From NCBI GenBank assembly GCA_050246755.1, contig JBFWVL010000001.1, positions 160,001 to 224,000 of the forward strand: a stretch of 64,000 nt of DNA, read 5' to 3'. The notes under the pieces are model-generated. The model was given only the letters and a program-made list of their open reading frames with translations. It searched no databases and had not been told where the DNA came from. How positions within the stretch are numbered: position 1 is the stretch's first letter; the number at the start of each line of letters is the position of its first letter. Of this stretch, positions 61,981-64,000 are shown piece after piece. The translations under genes were made by a program, and so were the position numbers. This DNA is from Bacteriovoracia bacterium. GTDB lineage: Bacteria; Bdellovibrionota; UBA1018; CAIPTA01.

Positions 61981-62427
61981 ATGCCGGGCACTACCTTCGT
62001 TCCCTGCTCCAACTGCAATAAGCTCAATCGCGTGAACCTCACGCAGGCGAATGAGAAGGAACCGGTTTGCGGGCATTGCCGCACCACGCTTCCGCTTCAC
62101 TTCGGGGTGGTAGAGGTAAATGAACGTGGGCTAAAGGTACTCACCGAGAAAAGCTCACTGCCCGTGTTTTGCGACTTCTGGGCCCCCTGGTGCGGCCCCT
62201 GCAAAGCCTTTGCGCCAACCTTCCAGCAACTCGCGCTGCAATACGGTGGCCGCATTGTGTTCGCGAAACTAAATACGGAAGCCTATCCTATCGGTGGGCA
62301 GGCCCATCAAGTGCGCAGCATTCCCACTTTGATTTATTTTCAAGGCGGAATAGAGAAGGAGCGGCTCTCGGGGGCACTCCCCGCTTCCCACCTCACTCAG
62401 TGGCTCGACGCTAAATTATCTTCGTAG
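61981..62427 (+). CDS. trxC: thioredoxin 2 with N-terminal zinc finger
   Basis: CxxC...CxxC plus DFWAPWCGPC. Confidence 0.93.
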   Translation: MPGTTFVPCSNCNKLNRVNLTQANEKEPVCGHCRTTLPLHFGVVEVNERGLKVLTEKSSLPVFCDFWAPWCGPCKAFAPTFQQLALQYGGRIVFAKLNTEAYPIGGQAHQVRSIPTLIYFQGGIEKERLSGALPASHLTQWLDAKLSS

Positions 62428-62431
62428 AAAT

Positions 62432-62472
62432 AAAAAAGCCTCTCGGTTTCCCGAGAGGCCCTTTTACTTTTT
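62432..62472. terminator. bidirectional terminator
   Basis: aaaaaa-gcctctcgg-tttc-ccgagaggc-ccttttacttttt. Confidence 0.85.
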
Positions 62473-62481
62473 CGGCTGCCG

Positions 62482-64000
62482 TTAGAGCCTGCCGCCGGTG
62501 AGCGCAGGTACGCTCATCGTGGTTCCGAACTGAACGGGATTGGTGAAACCGGCGCCGCCGTATCCAATCGATCCGCCGGTATAGTACGAACCCTGCATTT
62601 GTCCCATTACTTGTCCGTAACGATTCTGGGCCTCGCTCAGAGCTTGGGCCGCCACTTGTGCATCTTGGGCTAGCACTGCTTGCTGCTGAGCCTGGCGCAT
62701 CTGCGCCTGGGCCTGCAACTGCTGCTGTTGGTAGAATGCGCCCAGGCCGCCGCTATTGTACTGGCTGTTGATATTCGACATCCACGGATTATAGCCGCTT
62801 AGGCCTCCGTAGTTGTTCGTGTTGAAACCGTAGCCAGGGTTGGCGTAGGGATTCTGTACTCCTGGGTAACCGAAAGGCGATCCAGGAATTTGTCCCATGC
62901 CGGGGTAGCCGATTCCGGGGCTAGGGTAACCGCCGACTCCGGGATATCCTCCCGGAAAGCCGCCTCCCACGTAACCACCGCCGTAGCCGCCACCGGCGTA
63001 AGGCATCCCAATTCCAAACGGCGAGAAAGATCCACCCCCGTAAGGAACGCCGTAAGCTCCGCCACCTATCGGGCTAAATACGGAGCCAATACCAGCGCCC
63101 ATGGCGTACGGCATTCCGCCCATTGCGTAGGGAGCATAACCGCCGCCGCCCATCGCGAACGGACTAAATACGGAACCGATCCCCGCGCCCATCGCGTAGG
63201 GCATTCCCATGCCCATGGCATAAGGCATTCCGCCCATTGCGTAGGGAGCATAACCACCACCGCCCATCGCGAACGGACTAAATACGGAACCGATCCCCGC
63301 GCCCATCGCGTAGGGCATTCCACCCATCGCGTACGGCATCCCCATCATCCCGCCCATGGCATAGGGCATTCCAAATCCACCGCCGAAGCCACCACCGCCC
63401 ATCGCGAACGGGCTAAATACGGAGCCAATACCAGCGCCCATGGCGTACGGCATCCCCATGCCGAACGGCATTCCAAATCCACCACCAAAGCCACCGAAAC
63501 CGCCGCCGATTCCCACGCCGAAACCGCCGCCGCCGAAACCGCCATTGCCGCTTCCGTTCATGAACATAGAAGACATCATGGCCGGGCCAAGGAAGGAGCC
63601 CATCAAGCCCCCGTAGCCTTGCGGAGGAGCCGAGGGCAAGCCAAGCAAGGTATTGTTGGCGTTATAATAGCGATAATCGTTGCTCTGGAACTGCGCGCCT
63701 TTGTAGGCACCGTAGAGCCCCATGGCTCCAAGACCAAGCGGAGTGGCCGCTCTCAGCACGTCGGCGAAACCTTCCCAGCCGGATTTACCTTGCTGAGGAG
63801 GGCCTTTACGGCCGGAGCAATTTCCATCCGGGCAATCATCCGACTTTTTTTCGGGAGTGCTGCTGAGCCGTTCAATGGCGTCTTCGGCTTTCTCTATTTT
63901 TTCGCCGTACGTTTCGCGATCTTCTTTTGCCTCATTCAGGCGCCTCTTCAAAGCATCGCGCGTGTCTTTCGCCGAGTTATAGCGGCCTTCCCATTCGTCC
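62482..64000 (-). CDS. large Gly/Met/Pro/Tyr-rich repeat protein (5' end outside the window)
   Basis: Frame stays open to the window end (DEWEGRYNSAKD...); coiled coil, then repeats, then a Gln-rich tail. Confidence 0.85.
   Translation of the reverse strand, partial: DEWEGRYNSAKDTRDALKRRLNEAKEDRETYGEKIEKAEDAIERLSSTPEKKSDDCPDGNCSGRKGPPQQGKSGWEGFADVLRAATPLGLGAMGLYGAYKGAQFQSNDYRYYNANNTLLGLPSAPPQGYGGLMGSFLGPAMMSSMFMNGSGNGGFGGGGFGVGIGGGFGGFGGGFGMPFGMGMPYAMGAGIGSVFSPFAMGGGGFGGGFGMPYAMGGMMGMPYAMGGMPYAMGAGIGSVFSPFAMGGGGYAPYAMGGMPYAMGMGMPYAMGAGIGSVFSPFAMGGGGYAPYAMGGMPYAMGAGIGSVFSPIGGGAYGVPYGGGSFSPFGIGMPYAGGGYGGGYVGGGFPGGYPGVGGYPSPGIGYPGMGQIPGSPFGYPGVQNPYANPGYGFNTNNYGGLSGYNPWMSNINSQYNSGGLGAFYQQQQLQAQAQMRQAQQQAVLAQDAQVAAQALSEAQNRYGQVMGQMQGSYYTGGSIGYGGAGFTNPVQFGTTMSVPALTGGRL
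63065..63480 (-). repeat. intragenic coding repeats (MPYAMGAGIGSVFSP x4 plus further MPYAMG units)
   Basis: Visible in both the translation and the DNA. Confidence 0.9.

Overview
A GC-rich (roughly mid-50s %, estimated by eye) bacterial chromosomal segment that looks like a Bdellovibrionota-type predator. The grounds are two TIGR02147-family regulators, many signal-peptide orphan proteins and repeated sigma28/FliA-type promoters; the taxonomy is inferred. Housekeeping genes include cysS, fbaB, trmB-like, oppABC, two hpt copies, tdk, frameshifted prfB, hldD, guaC, tyrS, zapA, nrdAB, trxC, tRNA-Ala and tRNA-Asn. They are interleaved with signalling genes and secreted hydrolases. The most unusual items are: (1) two unannotated, highly structured intergenic RNAs (~7442-7663 on the minus strand, ~43637-43965 on the plus strand) that share a C-rich CUCCAUC loop motif; (2) a 187-bp tRNA-linked (rtT-like) tandem repeat array behind tRNA-Asn; (3) an intact ribD-ribE pair in which both enzymes have lost catalytic residues; (4) a putative FliA regulon of secreted proteins with shared CxxC or C-terminal motifs; (5) widespread apparently leaderless genes; (6) a stand-alone Y1/HUH (RAYT-like) transposase; and (7) a Gly/Met/Pro/Tyr repeat protein cut off by the window end. 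No CRISPR array, prophage or rRNA is seen. All calls come from reading motifs by eye; no database search was run.
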